From assembly GCA_037130135.1 (NCBI GenBank), contig JBAXTO010000002.1, positions 288,695-352,694 on the forward strand: a stretch of DNA of 64,000 bases. The letters run 5' to 3'. The notes beneath the pieces were generated by a model that was not told where the DNA came from, ran no database searches, and saw nothing but the letters and a program-made list of their open reading frames with translations. The stretch comes from Bacteroidota bacterium. Its GTDB lineage: Bacteria > Bacteroidota > Bacteroidia > Chitinophagales > CAMDFR01. A program made the translations under genes and the position numbers. Positions 31,331 to 40,560 of the stretch are shown piece by piece; position 1 is the first letter of the stretch; every line of letters starts with the position of its first letter.

Positions 31331-31794
31331 TTTCGTTGGTTGTTATTTCGTAATTTCTGAAAAAAATCTTTTAGTAATTGAATAGCTTCTTTTTCTTCTA
31401 CCCCAAAAATGATTTCAGTTTTTGCATTCAATAGATGATTCGCTTTATACTTTGTTATAAAACCCTCTTTTTCGTCAGCTGCTGCAATCACTAATTTAGA
31501 TATTCTGCTCCATTTGATTGCTCCTGCACACATCATACAAGGTTCGAGTGTTACATAGAGCGTACAATCATTTAAAAACTTAGCACCTAAATATTCTGAT
31601 GCGCTTGTTATACATATCATTTCAGCATGTGCAGTAGCGTCAGCTAGAACTTCTACTTGATTATAGGCTTTCGCAATAATATGATTATTACAAACCATAA
31701 TTGCACCCACGGGCACTTCATTTTCTTCGAAGGCACGTTTTGCTTGCTTTATCGCTTCTCTCATAAAGAAAGCGTCTGTATTGATATCCAACAT
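31321..31794 (-). CDS. tadA: tRNA adenosine(34) deaminase
   Basis: HAEM ... PCMMCAGA zinc-binding CDA motifs; 157 aa. Confidence 0.85.
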   Translation of the reverse strand: MLDINTDAFFMREAIKQAKRAFEENEVPVGAIMVCNNHIIAKAYNQVEVLADATAHAEMICITSASEYLGAKFLNDCTLYVTLEPCMMCAGAIKWSRISKLVIAAADEKEGFITKYKANHLLNAKTEIIFGVEEKEAIQLLKDFFQKLRNNNQRNWN

Positions 31795-31797
31795 CTT

Positions 31798-32148
31798 TTA
31801 TTTATTTGAATCATCTAATGCATCCCAAAACTCTGCAGCTCTCCTAGTATGAGGAATAACAATACTTCCGCCAACTAAATTAGCTATGGCAAACACTTCA
31901 TATATTTCTGCTGTAGTACATTGTAGTTCATAACATTTACCTAAATGATATTTAATACAATCATCGCAACGCAGCACCATAGAAGCTACTAAGCCTAAGA
32001 ATTCTTTAGTTTTAGTAGATATTGCCCCATCTGCATATGCTTGATTATCTAAACTCCAAAATCTTTTCAATACTAGATTGTCTTCGCTTAAGATACGATC
32101 ATTCATTTTAGCTCTATAGGCATCAAATTCATTTATTAAATCACTCAT
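31798..32148 (-). CDS. carboxymuconolactone decarboxylase (AhpD-like) family protein
   Basis: 116 aa with a CDDCIKYH motif, typical of the CMD/AhpD-like fold. Confidence 0.6.
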   Translation of the reverse strand: MSDLINEFDAYRAKMNDRILSEDNLVLKRFWSLDNQAYADGAISTKTKEFLGLVASMVLRCDDCIKYHLGKCYELQCTTAEIYEVFAIANLVGGSIVIPHTRRAAEFWDALDDSNK

Positions 32149-32165
32149 ATTTTTTTTGTTTTAAT

Positions 32166-33104
32166 TTATTTTTTTCGTTCCCAATATTTATAATTTTCTT
32201 TATAATCTTCTATTATTTTAATATAATTATCATATCTATTTGCATCGATATCTCCTTTAGCAACCGCCATTTTAACGGCACATTTGGGCTCTTCCATATG
32301 CATACAATTATTAAACTGGCATTGATTTACCAAAGCTTTCATCTCAGGAAAAAAGCCACTGATTTCTTCAATTTCAAAACCCATAATACCAAATTCTTTA
32401 ATTCCTGGCGTATCAATAATGAGTGTTTCAGCATCGTCCACTTCAATCATTTCAGCAAAAGTGGTAGTATGTATACCTTTATCATGTTTAGAAGAAATAT
32501 CTCCGGTACGTAAGCTTAAGTGTGGATTTAATGCATTTAATAAAGTACTTTTTCCTACCCCAGAATGACCAGATAGTAATGTTGTTTTTCCTTTCAGCTT
32601 CTGGCGAACTAGTTCAATATCTGCTGTATCTAAACAAGAAATAGTTAAAGTATCATATCCAATTTTTTTATAGATGGCCTCTAACTCTTCTTGTTTGTCA
32701 ACTTCTTTAGCATTTAGTAAATCTTTTTTATTAAAAACAATAATTACTGGAATGGCGTACGCTTCAGCTACTAACAAAAAACGATCAATAAAACCTGATG
32801 AAGTACGAGGAGATGCAATTGTAACTAAAATAATTGCTTGGTCGAGATTAGAAGCGATAATATGTTTGGCATGTTTATGTTTAGGAGACTCTCTAACCAT
32901 ATAGTTTTTCCGAGGGTGAATAGCACTTACTACATAATCGCCCTCTTCATTTTCCATATCTACAATATCGCCAACAGCAATAGGATTAGTAGATTGTATG
33001 TCTTCTAGTCTAATTTTACCTTTCAAGCGGCATGAACGCATTTCGCCAGTTTGATCTTTAATTTCATACCAACTACCCGTGCTTTTATATACAGTACCTG
33101 TCAT
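32166..33104 (-). CDS. rsgA: ribosome small-subunit-dependent GTPase A
   Basis: Circularly permuted GTPase: NKKD precedes GHSGVGKSTLLN. C-terminal zinc finger C.F..C.H..EP.CAV. Confidence 0.9.
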   Translation of the reverse strand: MTGTVYKSTGSWYEIKDQTGEMRSCRLKGKIRLEDIQSTNPIAVGDIVDMENEEGDYVVSAIHPRKNYMVRESPKHKHAKHIIASNLDQAIILVTIASPRTSSGFIDRFLLVAEAYAIPVIIVFNKKDLLNAKEVDKQEELEAIYKKIGYDTLTISCLDTADIELVRQKLKGKTTLLSGHSGVGKSTLLNALNPHLSLRTGDISSKHDKGIHTTTFAEMIEVDDAETLIIDTPGIKEFGIMGFEIEEISGFFPEMKALVNQCQFNNCMHMEEPKCAVKMAVAKGDIDANRYDNYIKIIEDYKENYKYWERKK

Positions 33105-33230
33105 CCTCTAATCTTATATAACAAAGATATAGGATGTTCTAAAAAGAAACTATTTTTTTCTTTTTATTAAAATAAATATGACTAAGAACGTATCTTTTTC
33201 TAAATTTACAGCTACATTAAATCCATTCAT

Positions 33231-34145
33231 ATGTATTTATCTATAGTTGTGCCTGTATATAAATCAGAAAACACTTTAGCCGAATTGACAAAACGAATTG
33301 GCACTTCTTTACAGGATATTTGTGGTACTAACTATGAAATCATTTTTGTTGAAGATTGTGGTGGAGATAATAGTTGGCAAGTAATAGAACAACTGAAAAA
33401 AGAATTTCCTAATAATATAAGAGGTATTAAACTATCTAGAAATTTTGGACAACACAATGCTATATTATGCGGTTTTAATAGTATAAAAGGTGACTTGGTA
33501 ATTACTATGGATGATGATTTACAAAATCCACCTGAGGAAATTCCTAAACTTATTGCCAAACAAAAAGAAACCAATGCCGATTTGGTATATGCCATATATG
33601 ACGATAAAAAACATAGTGGTGTTAGAAATTTAGGAAGCTATCTCGTAAAAAAAGTTTTTAAAATTGTATTTAATGCTAAGCCAGATGGAAGTTCCTTTCG
33701 CTTGATGCAAGCCAGTTTAGTACATAAACTTACTATTCACAATCAAAACTTCGTGTTTATTGATGGTTTGATTCATTGGCATACTAGTAATATTGCCTAT
33801 CAGCATACTGAACACCATACAAGAAAACATGGAAGCAGTAACTATACTTGGACTAAATTAATTCAATTAACCACGAATCTTTTTTTCAATTTTACCGTTA
33901 TCCCTTTAAGAATTATAACCGTGGTAGGTATTATTGTATCGATTTTGAGTTTTTTAATGGGATTGTTTTTTGGAATTCGTAAATTATTTTATGATATGCC
34001 ATTAGGTTATACTTCAATAGTTACAAGTATATTATTCTCTACTAGTTTAATTATGATAAGTTTGGGAGTAATAGGTGAATATATCAGTAGAATATATATG
34101 TTGCAAAACAACAAACCACAGTTTTCTATAGAAAAACACATTTAG
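33231..34145 (+). CDS. GT2 polyprenyl-phosphate glycosyltransferase (ArnC/GtrB-like)
   Basis: VVPVYKSE, VEDCGGD and MDDDLQNPPEEIP motifs, plus two C-terminal TM helices. Confidence 0.8.
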   Translation: MYLSIVVPVYKSENTLAELTKRIGTSLQDICGTNYEIIFVEDCGGDNSWQVIEQLKKEFPNNIRGIKLSRNFGQHNAILCGFNSIKGDLVITMDDDLQNPPEEIPKLIAKQKETNADLVYAIYDDKKHSGVRNLGSYLVKKVFKIVFNAKPDGSSFRLMQASLVHKLTIHNQNFVFIDGLIHWHTSNIAYQHTEHHTRKHGSSNYTWTKLIQLTTNLFFNFTVIPLRIITVVGIIVSILSFLMGLFFGIRKLFYDMPLGYTSIVTSILFSTSLIMISLGVIGEYISRIYMLQNNKPQFSIEKHI

Positions 34146-34149
34146 CCAT

Positions 34150-35166
34150 ATGAAAGCAAGAATACAAGCCATAAGTTATTATTTACCTTTAAGTACTTTA
34201 AGTAATACCGATATTAACAAATTATTTCCTGAATGGAGTATTGATAAAATTGCTGAAAAAACGGGAATTGTCAATCGCCCTATTTCAGGTGCTGATGAAT
34301 TTTCGAGCGATATGGGTATAAAAGCAGCCGAACGTTTATTTGAAGAACATCAAATAGACAGAAACACTATTGACTTTATTTTATTTTGCACCCAAAGTCC
34401 TGATTATTTTTTACCTACAACGGCATGTGTTATTCAAGATCGATTGAATATCCCCACCAGTGCTGGAGCTATGGATTTTAATTTAGGGTGCTCTGGATAT
34501 ATCTATGGATTGGGTGTTGCTAAAGGATTGATTGAAAGTGGTATTGCTAAAAACGTATTGTTTATTACTGCAGAAACTTACACTAAATTTATACATCCAA
34601 ACGATAAAAGTGTACGTACTATTTTTGGGGATGCAGCTGCAGCTACGCTTATTACCGGAATAGAAAGTGTTGAAGAGCAAATTGGACCTTTTGTTTTAGG
34701 AACGGATGGCAAAGGTGCTGAAAAATTAATGGTAAAAAATGGAGGAATGCGACATGCATTCATACATACTGAAGAGGCATTTGGCGAAGACTCTCTAGGT
34801 AATTTTCAATCGAGTGATCATTTATATATGAAAGGCTCTGACATCTTTGTATTTACATTACAATCTGTTCCTAAATTATGCAGAGAATTACTAGAAAAAG
34901 CACAAACCAATTATGATCAAATCGATCTAATCATTTTCCATCAGGCCAATAAGCATATGTTAGAGGCATTGAGAAAAAAAATCAATATCCCTGCTGAGAA
35001 ATTTTACATTTTTATTGAGAACTGTGGTAATACCGTTTCTTCGACTATCCCCATTGCATTGAGTGAAGCCATAAAAGAAGGAAAAGCCAAAAGTGGCGAT
35101 ACCGTGATGTTGGTTGGATTTGGTGTAGGCTATTCTTGGGGAGGAACAATCATTAAAATAGGCTAA
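34150..35166 (+). CDS. 3-oxoacyl-ACP synthase III (FabH-like) family protein
   Basis: Cys-His-Asn triad contexts are intact: NLGCSGY, FHQANKHM, CGNTVSSTIP. Confidence 0.8.
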   Translation: MKARIQAISYYLPLSTLSNTDINKLFPEWSIDKIAEKTGIVNRPISGADEFSSDMGIKAAERLFEEHQIDRNTIDFILFCTQSPDYFLPTTACVIQDRLNIPTSAGAMDFNLGCSGYIYGLGVAKGLIESGIAKNVLFITAETYTKFIHPNDKSVRTIFGDAAAATLITGIESVEEQIGPFVLGTDGKGAEKLMVKNGGMRHAFIHTEEAFGEDSLGNFQSSDHLYMKGSDIFVFTLQSVPKLCRELLEKAQTNYDQIDLIIFHQANKHMLEALRKKINIPAEKFYIFIENCGNTVSSTIPIALSEAIKEGKAKSGDTVMLVGFGVGYSWGGTIIKIG

Positions 35167-35218
35167 AAGCAGAAAAAAACAGCTAAATTTGTACAATCAA
35201 ATTATATAGTTTTAAATT

Positions 35219-35452
35219 ATGGAAACAGCAGAATTTATAGCAAATGTGGAGGAGCAATTTATGGAAACGGATCCTGGTACCATTCAAATGAACACTGAAT
35301 TTAGAAACGTCGAAGAATGGAGTTCATTAATTGCATTAATGTTAATTGCTATGGTAGATGAAAAATATGATGTAGTATTGACAGGTGATGATATTAGAAA
35401 CTCAAATACTATTCAAGACCTATACGATAAAGTAAGTAGTAAACTCAATTAA
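35219..35452 (+). CDS. acyl carrier protein (divergent)
   Basis: 77 aa, acidic. EEWSSLIALMLIAMVDEKY corresponds to the (D/S)SL phosphopantetheine-attachment helix. Confidence 0.6.
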   Translation: METAEFIANVEEQFMETDPGTIQMNTEFRNVEEWSSLIALMLIAMVDEKYDVVLTGDDIRNSNTIQDLYDKVSSKLN

Positions 35453-35466
35453 ACCCTTCATACACG

Positions 35467-36528
35467 ATGGCTTACTTCTCCATTAATCAGGTTGCTGTTG
35501 CAGGAATGAGTGCCTGTGTGCCAAAAGAATACTTCTTAAACTCTCGTGATCAATTACCTGGATTAGACCAAGCGGAATTACTAAAGATAGTAAGTATGAC
35601 GGGTATCGATAAACATCATATTGCTCCTAAAGAAATTTGTACTTCAGATTTGTGTTATACCGCAGCAGAAAAATTAATTGAAAAATTAGCTTGGGGTAAA
35701 AATGAAATCGAACTACTCATTTTTGTTTCACAAACACCCGATTATATCCTACCTATGACGAGTACTATTCTTCAAAACAGATTAGGTCTCTCCTCACAGT
35801 GCTTAGCATTTGATATGTCTATTGGATGTTCTGGTTTCGTATACGGTATGTCGGCAATCTCTAGTATGATTGCAGCTACCAAAATTAAAAAAGCAATTTT
35901 ATTAGTAGGTGATACCATTACTAAAACACTATCCATTAAAGATCGTAGCACTTTTCCATTATTTGGTGATGCCGGTACAGCTACTGCTTTATGTTACGAC
36001 GAACAAGCAGCTCCTATCCATTTTCAATTGAATAGTGATGGAAGTGCTTATAAGGCTATCATTATTAATGATGGTGGACAAAGAAGTCCATTTAGTGAAC
36101 AATCATTATTGCCTATTAAATCAGATGATGGCATTGAAAAAACCAATGCTCAATTGTATTTGAATGGCATGGATGTATTTAATTTTAGTATTACTAAAGC
36201 ACCTAAATCATTCAATGATATTTTACAAGAATCTACAACAAACATAGAAGACATAAACTATTTTGCTTTTCATCAAGCGAATAAATTAATGAATGAAACG
36301 ATTCGTAAAAAACTAAAAATCGATCCTGCTAAATACTTATATAGCCTAGGAAAATATGGCAATACGAGCAGTGCCACTATTCCTTTAACTTTAGTTTCTG
36401 AATTGCAAAACGAACTTAGTACACAATCGCTAAAACTTGGTTTATGTGGCTTTGGGGTTGGGCTTTCATGGGGAAGTATGATTTTAGAAACAAAATCTAT
36501 TTGCACATTACCAGTGATAGAAATTTAA
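35467..36528 (+). CDS. 3-oxoacyl-ACP synthase III (FabH-like) family protein, second copy
   Basis: SIGCSGF, FHQANKLM and YGNTSSATIP; triad intact. Confidence 0.8.
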   Translation: MAYFSINQVAVAGMSACVPKEYFLNSRDQLPGLDQAELLKIVSMTGIDKHHIAPKEICTSDLCYTAAEKLIEKLAWGKNEIELLIFVSQTPDYILPMTSTILQNRLGLSSQCLAFDMSIGCSGFVYGMSAISSMIAATKIKKAILLVGDTITKTLSIKDRSTFPLFGDAGTATALCYDEQAAPIHFQLNSDGSAYKAIIINDGGQRSPFSEQSLLPIKSDDGIEKTNAQLYLNGMDVFNFSITKAPKSFNDILQESTTNIEDINYFAFHQANKLMNETIRKKLKIDPAKYLYSLGKYGNTSSATIPLTLVSELQNELSTQSLKLGLCGFGVGLSWGSMILETKSICTLPVIEI

Positions 36529-36529
36529 T

Positions 36530-37654
36530 ATGGAAAATGATTTTCAATATTTACACGCTATAGTACCTAATGATTATTATCATAATGAAAGTGTTTTTGA
36601 AAAAGAACAAGAACTCATTTTTAAAAATTCATGGTACTATGTCTGCACTACCTTATCGCTCGAAAATCATAATGATTTTGTAACCATAGAAATTGGTGGT
36701 GTATCGGTAGTAGTTCAAAATTTCAGAGGGGTTTATAAAGCCTATCATAATATTTGTACGCATCGTTTCAATAAAATTCAAAATGAACAAAGTGGCAATA
36801 GAGCATTGATTTGTCAATATCATGGCTGGAACTATAATGCCGATGGAGTACCTTATGGTATTCCATTAAAAAAAGAATTTACTGGTTTAGATGATGCAGC
36901 ACTAAAAAAAATCTGTTTAAAAAATTTCGATTTAGAAGTTTGTGGCAAATTTGTTTTTGTAAAAATTACTCCTAGCTCAATATCATTAGAGGAATATTTA
37001 GGTGGTAGCAAAGAACGTATATTACAAATAAGTGCCATGTTAGGTAGGAAAATAGAGTACTATGAAATACCGAATGAAGCCAATTGGAAAATAGTGATGG
37101 AAAACACTTTAGAAGGCTATCATATTAGCACCGTGCATCCTAATACTTTCTATAAACTAGGTTTTAATTTAAAGTCTACGATGGATACAGAAATTCATGG
37201 TTTACATAGCAATATGACACTTTCACTGGGCGATACGAGTCCTAATCCTCATAGAGATAAATTTCATACGATGATTAAACAAAGACCATTTCAACCAGAT
37301 GGGTTTTTTCATCAAATTATATTTCCTAATTTAACAATCGGTTCTGCTTGGGGAGTAACCGTATATATTGGAACCATCAAAGCACTAAATGCCAATCAAT
37401 CGATTTTTGCTTATGATTTATTTGAAACTAATTTAGGAGATGGTAAATTATTAAATGATGCTATTTCAGGGATGGTTAATTTTTCTGCCATTGAATTTAC
37501 ACATACTACTCTAGCAGAAGACAAAGCCATTTGCGAGTCGGTACATAAAGGCATGAAAGAGAAGAATGAAAATATAGGTATACTAAGCAATACAGAGATT
37601 AGGATTATTGAATTTCAAAAAGCCTATTTGAAACAAATGCAGTTAGAAGTATAA
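36530..37654 (+). CDS. Rieske [2Fe-2S] non-haem iron oxygenase, alpha-subunit type, stand-alone
   Basis: CTHR...(17 aa)...CQYHGW Rieske motif and a mononuclear-iron EGYHISTVHP (H-x4-H) segment. Confidence 0.8.
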   Translation: MENDFQYLHAIVPNDYYHNESVFEKEQELIFKNSWYYVCTTLSLENHNDFVTIEIGGVSVVVQNFRGVYKAYHNICTHRFNKIQNEQSGNRALICQYHGWNYNADGVPYGIPLKKEFTGLDDAALKKICLKNFDLEVCGKFVFVKITPSSISLEEYLGGSKERILQISAMLGRKIEYYEIPNEANWKIVMENTLEGYHISTVHPNTFYKLGFNLKSTMDTEIHGLHSNMTLSLGDTSPNPHRDKFHTMIKQRPFQPDGFFHQIIFPNLTIGSAWGVTVYIGTIKALNANQSIFAYDLFETNLGDGKLLNDAISGMVNFSAIEFTHTTLAEDKAICESVHKGMKEKNENIGILSNTEIRIIEFQKAYLKQMQLEV

Positions 37655-37715
37655 TCATTTCTATTTTTGTACAACTCATTTTATTCACTTACATTTATAC
37701 AAATATTGATTTGTT

Positions 37716-38465
37716 ATGCACCCATTTGATTTAAGTCAAAAAACTATTTTAATTACTGGAGCATCTTCAGGAATTGGTCGTCAAACTGCCATTACTTTAG
37801 CTTCGCTCGGTGCTCGATGTATAATCACAGGTAGAAATGAAGAGCAATTAGATTATACTTTAAGTAGCATGAGTGGTGCTAATCATTATAAAATTCAAGC
37901 AGATTTATGTCAAGAAGATGACTTAAAAAAATTAGTGAATGAAATTGAACCGCTTGATGGAGTGGTTTTCTCAGCCGGAATAGTAAAGGTATTACCTTTT
38001 CGTTTCATCAATAAGCCTGATATGAAAAATATTTTTGAAACCAATTTTGAAGCACCTGTTTTTTTATTACAATCTATCATCAAAGCAAAAAAATTACAGA
38101 AAAAAGCAGCTGTACTTTTTATTAGTTCAATAAGTGGAGTAAAGGTAGGATTAGTTGCCAATGGCATGTATAGTGCTAGTAAGGCTGCTTTATCAGGTAT
38201 TACAAAAACATTAGCATTAGAATTAGCGCCACAACATATTCGCGTAAATACCCTAGCTCCAGGAATGGTGCGCACCGAAATGATTAGCGATGGAGTAAGT
38301 GCTTCTGTATCTTCCGAAGCACTGAGTGAAGATGAAAAGATTTATCCATTAGGTTATGGAGATGTAAACGATGTGGCAAACACCATTGCCTTTTTAATGT
38401 CGGATGCTTCCAAATGGATCACAGGTACTGATATTATTATAGATGGTGGTTATTCATGTAAATAA
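37716..38465 (+). CDS. SDR family oxidoreductase (FabG-like ketoreductase)
   Basis: TGASSGIG cofactor motif and the catalytic S...YSASK. Confidence 0.85.
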   Translation: MHPFDLSQKTILITGASSGIGRQTAITLASLGARCIITGRNEEQLDYTLSSMSGANHYKIQADLCQEDDLKKLVNEIEPLDGVVFSAGIVKVLPFRFINKPDMKNIFETNFEAPVFLLQSIIKAKKLQKKAAVLFISSISGVKVGLVANGMYSASKAALSGITKTLALELAPQHIRVNTLAPGMVRTEMISDGVSASVSSEALSEDEKIYPLGYGDVNDVANTIAFLMSDASKWITGTDIIIDGGYSCK

Positions 38466-38491
38466 ATTATTCATTATAAATTATATAAATT

Positions 38492-39463
38492 ATGAACTTT
38501 TCTAAATTAGATTCAGATAGATTTCAGTTGAATATATTCCGTGACAATTATGAGCAATTACCTGCCGACCTTTTAAATCAGTTGATAGAGAACAAAGTTG
38601 ATATAGGTATATTACGTTTAAACACCAAAGAACAAGCAAGTTTAAACCTACTAGATAATATGGGATTGCCATTTATAGTGGCTGATACATTAGTGGAATA
38701 TATTGCTAAAACAAGTGCACCTAAAGAATTGAAACTATTAAACAAAGATATTGAAGTACTAGAAGCTCATACTGAATCTGATTGGAAAGAGGTAGACCGA
38801 ATGGTGGAGTTGTGTTTTTCCAATTATTCGAATCATTATTTTTCAAATCCTTATTTAAGTAAAATAGGAAATATTGAAGGTTATAAAGAATGGTCGAGAA
38901 ACTGTAGTGGAGACAAAGGAGTGACCTATATAGTAAAAAGCAACTCAGTTGCAGCAGGATTCTTTTCAATAGGATTTAAAGGCGATTTAGCAGATGGTGG
39001 ACCAGGTGGAATTATTCCTGCTTTTGAAGGAAGTGGTTTATACTTAGATTTTCACAAGATGTTGCCTCAATTAATTTTTCAAAAAGGATTAAAAAGACTA
39101 AAAACATCTACTCAAATTCAAAATACCTTAGTACAACGTCAATGGAATATGAGTGGGTGGATGTTAAGTCATTCATGGGTGACGCTTCATGTCAATACGT
39201 TTATTCAAGAAGCTATGAAAGGGAGCAATACTACTAGTAACTATCAACACAGCAATACCATTTCATTTATTGATAGCATTCAACCTTTGGCGGCATACAA
39301 TTCCATTCAAATGCATCAATTACATCCTTTAGTAGAAAATGCCAGTTATACTGTACATATCAGTCACGAAATTAAAAACTATAATAACAATAGCTCTATT
39401 CGTTCTGTAGTGATTGAAGATGCTACTAATAAAATTCAAGTATTAGCTTGGTTAAAAGCATAG
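38492..39463 (+). CDS. GNAT-fold acyltransferase candidate (WecD / TDP-fucosamine acetyltransferase-like)
   Basis: The N-terminus LDSDRFQLNIFR resembles the WDS.FFG..I.R start of WecD-type enzymes. A central block GFFSIG...GGIIPAFEGSGL is GNAT motif-A-like. Confidence 0.4.
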   Translation: MNFSKLDSDRFQLNIFRDNYEQLPADLLNQLIENKVDIGILRLNTKEQASLNLLDNMGLPFIVADTLVEYIAKTSAPKELKLLNKDIEVLEAHTESDWKEVDRMVELCFSNYSNHYFSNPYLSKIGNIEGYKEWSRNCSGDKGVTYIVKSNSVAAGFFSIGFKGDLADGGPGGIIPAFEGSGLYLDFHKMLPQLIFQKGLKRLKTSTQIQNTLVQRQWNMSGWMLSHSWVTLHVNTFIQEAMKGSNTTSNYQHSNTISFIDSIQPLAAYNSIQMHQLHPLVENASYTVHISHEIKNYNNNSSIRSVVIEDATNKIQVLAWLKA

Positions 39464-39503
39464 ATTATAAATTGATTCATCATAAAGAGTTTAGATAATT
39501 ATC

Positions 39504-39511
39504 TATCTTTG
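39504..39511 (+). promoter_or_regulatory. candidate -7 box (TATCTTTG) for thiL, implying a near-leaderless mRNA
   Basis: Perfect TAnnTTTG ending 5 nt before the thiL ATG. Confidence 0.3.
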
Positions 39512-39516
39512 CAAGT

Positions 39517-40551
39517 ATGAATGAAAAACGTACAGAAATAGCAAGCTTAGGTGAATTTGGACTGATTAAACAATTGACTCAACAATTTCCCATCAACCAA
39601 AAATCTACGATAAAAGGAATTGGTGATGATGCTGCAGTAATTAAATATAGTATAGATAAACATACTGTGATCAGTACTGATTTGTTATTAGAAGGGATTC
39701 ATTTTGATTTGATGTATTGTCCTTTAAAACATTTAGGATATAAATCTGTAGTAGTAAACGTTTCTGATATTTATGCCATGAATGCCATTCCTCGTCAAAT
39801 TACTGTATCTATTGGTATATCGAATCGTTTTTCAGTAGAAGCTCTAGAAGAATTTTATGATGGCGTACGTTTAGCCTGTAAAAATTATGGAGTAGATCTA
39901 ATTGGTGGAGACACTACTTCTTCGCAAAAAGGCTTTATCATTAGTATTACTGCTATTGGTGAGGTAGAAGAATCAAAATTAGCTTATAGAAATACCGCGA
40001 AAGAAGGTGATTTGATATTTGTTACGGGAGATTTAGGTGCTTCTTATTTAGGTTTACAGATATTGGAAAGAGAAAAGAAAATATTTATAGAAAATCCTGG
40101 GGTTGAAGTAAAATTAGAAGAAGATCAATATTTAGTAGAGCGACAATTAAAGCCGGAAGCACAACGTGAAACGGTAGAATTATTTCATGAATTAGAAATT
40201 ACTCCTACTGCTATGATTGATATTTCTGATGGTTTATCCTCCGAATTAAAACATATCTGTGCGCAATCAAATGTGGGTTGTCATATATTTGAAGAACAAA
40301 TTCCCATATTTCAAGAGACTTATGATGCGGCATTGAAATTACATTTAGATCCTATCACCTGTGCAATGAATGGTGGTGAAGATTATGAGTTATTATTCTG
40401 CATGAATAAAACAGATGCACAAAAAATATATGGTCGACATGGAATTAAATGTATAGGAGAAATTAAAAACGCATCCTACGGTTTAGTATTAGAAAGCAAA
40501 GCAGGATTCCATCACGAAATAACTGCACAAGGCTGGAATCATATATTATAA
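39517..40551 (+). CDS. thiL: thiamine-monophosphate kinase
   Basis: AIR-synthase-related fold (GDDAAV, GGDTT). 344 aa. The N-terminus GEFGLI..L is typical of ThiL. Confidence 0.8.
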   Translation: MNEKRTEIASLGEFGLIKQLTQQFPINQKSTIKGIGDDAAVIKYSIDKHTVISTDLLLEGIHFDLMYCPLKHLGYKSVVVNVSDIYAMNAIPRQITVSIGISNRFSVEALEEFYDGVRLACKNYGVDLIGGDTTSSQKGFIISITAIGEVEESKLAYRNTAKEGDLIFVTGDLGASYLGLQILEREKKIFIENPGVEVKLEEDQYLVERQLKPEAQRETVELFHELEITPTAMIDISDGLSSELKHICAQSNVGCHIFEEQIPIFQETYDAALKLHLDPITCAMNGGEDYELLFCMNKTDAQKIYGRHGIKCIGEIKNASYGLVLESKAGFHHEITAQGWNHIL

Positions 40552-40560
40552 AAGTTATTT

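Noticed and set aside
33144-33170. AAAAAGAAA ... TTTCTTTTT inverted repeat between the divergent rsgA and GT2 genes.
   Set aside because: It is a homopolymer-like A/T tract with a single G:C pair, and it sits upstream of both genes, so it is not a terminator. It is probably compositional.
35219-35452. Whether the 77-aa carrier protein is non-functional because it lacks the canonical DSL motif.
   Set aside because: The equivalent position reads SSL at the start of an amphipathic helix (EEWSSLIALMLIAMV), so a serine for phosphopantetheinylation is retained. I treat it as a divergent but probably functional ACP.
37910-38275. 121-aa minus-strand ORF inside the SDR gene.
   Set aside because: It lies entirely antisense to a CDS with clear TGxxxGIG and YxxxK motifs, and it has no recognisable features of its own.
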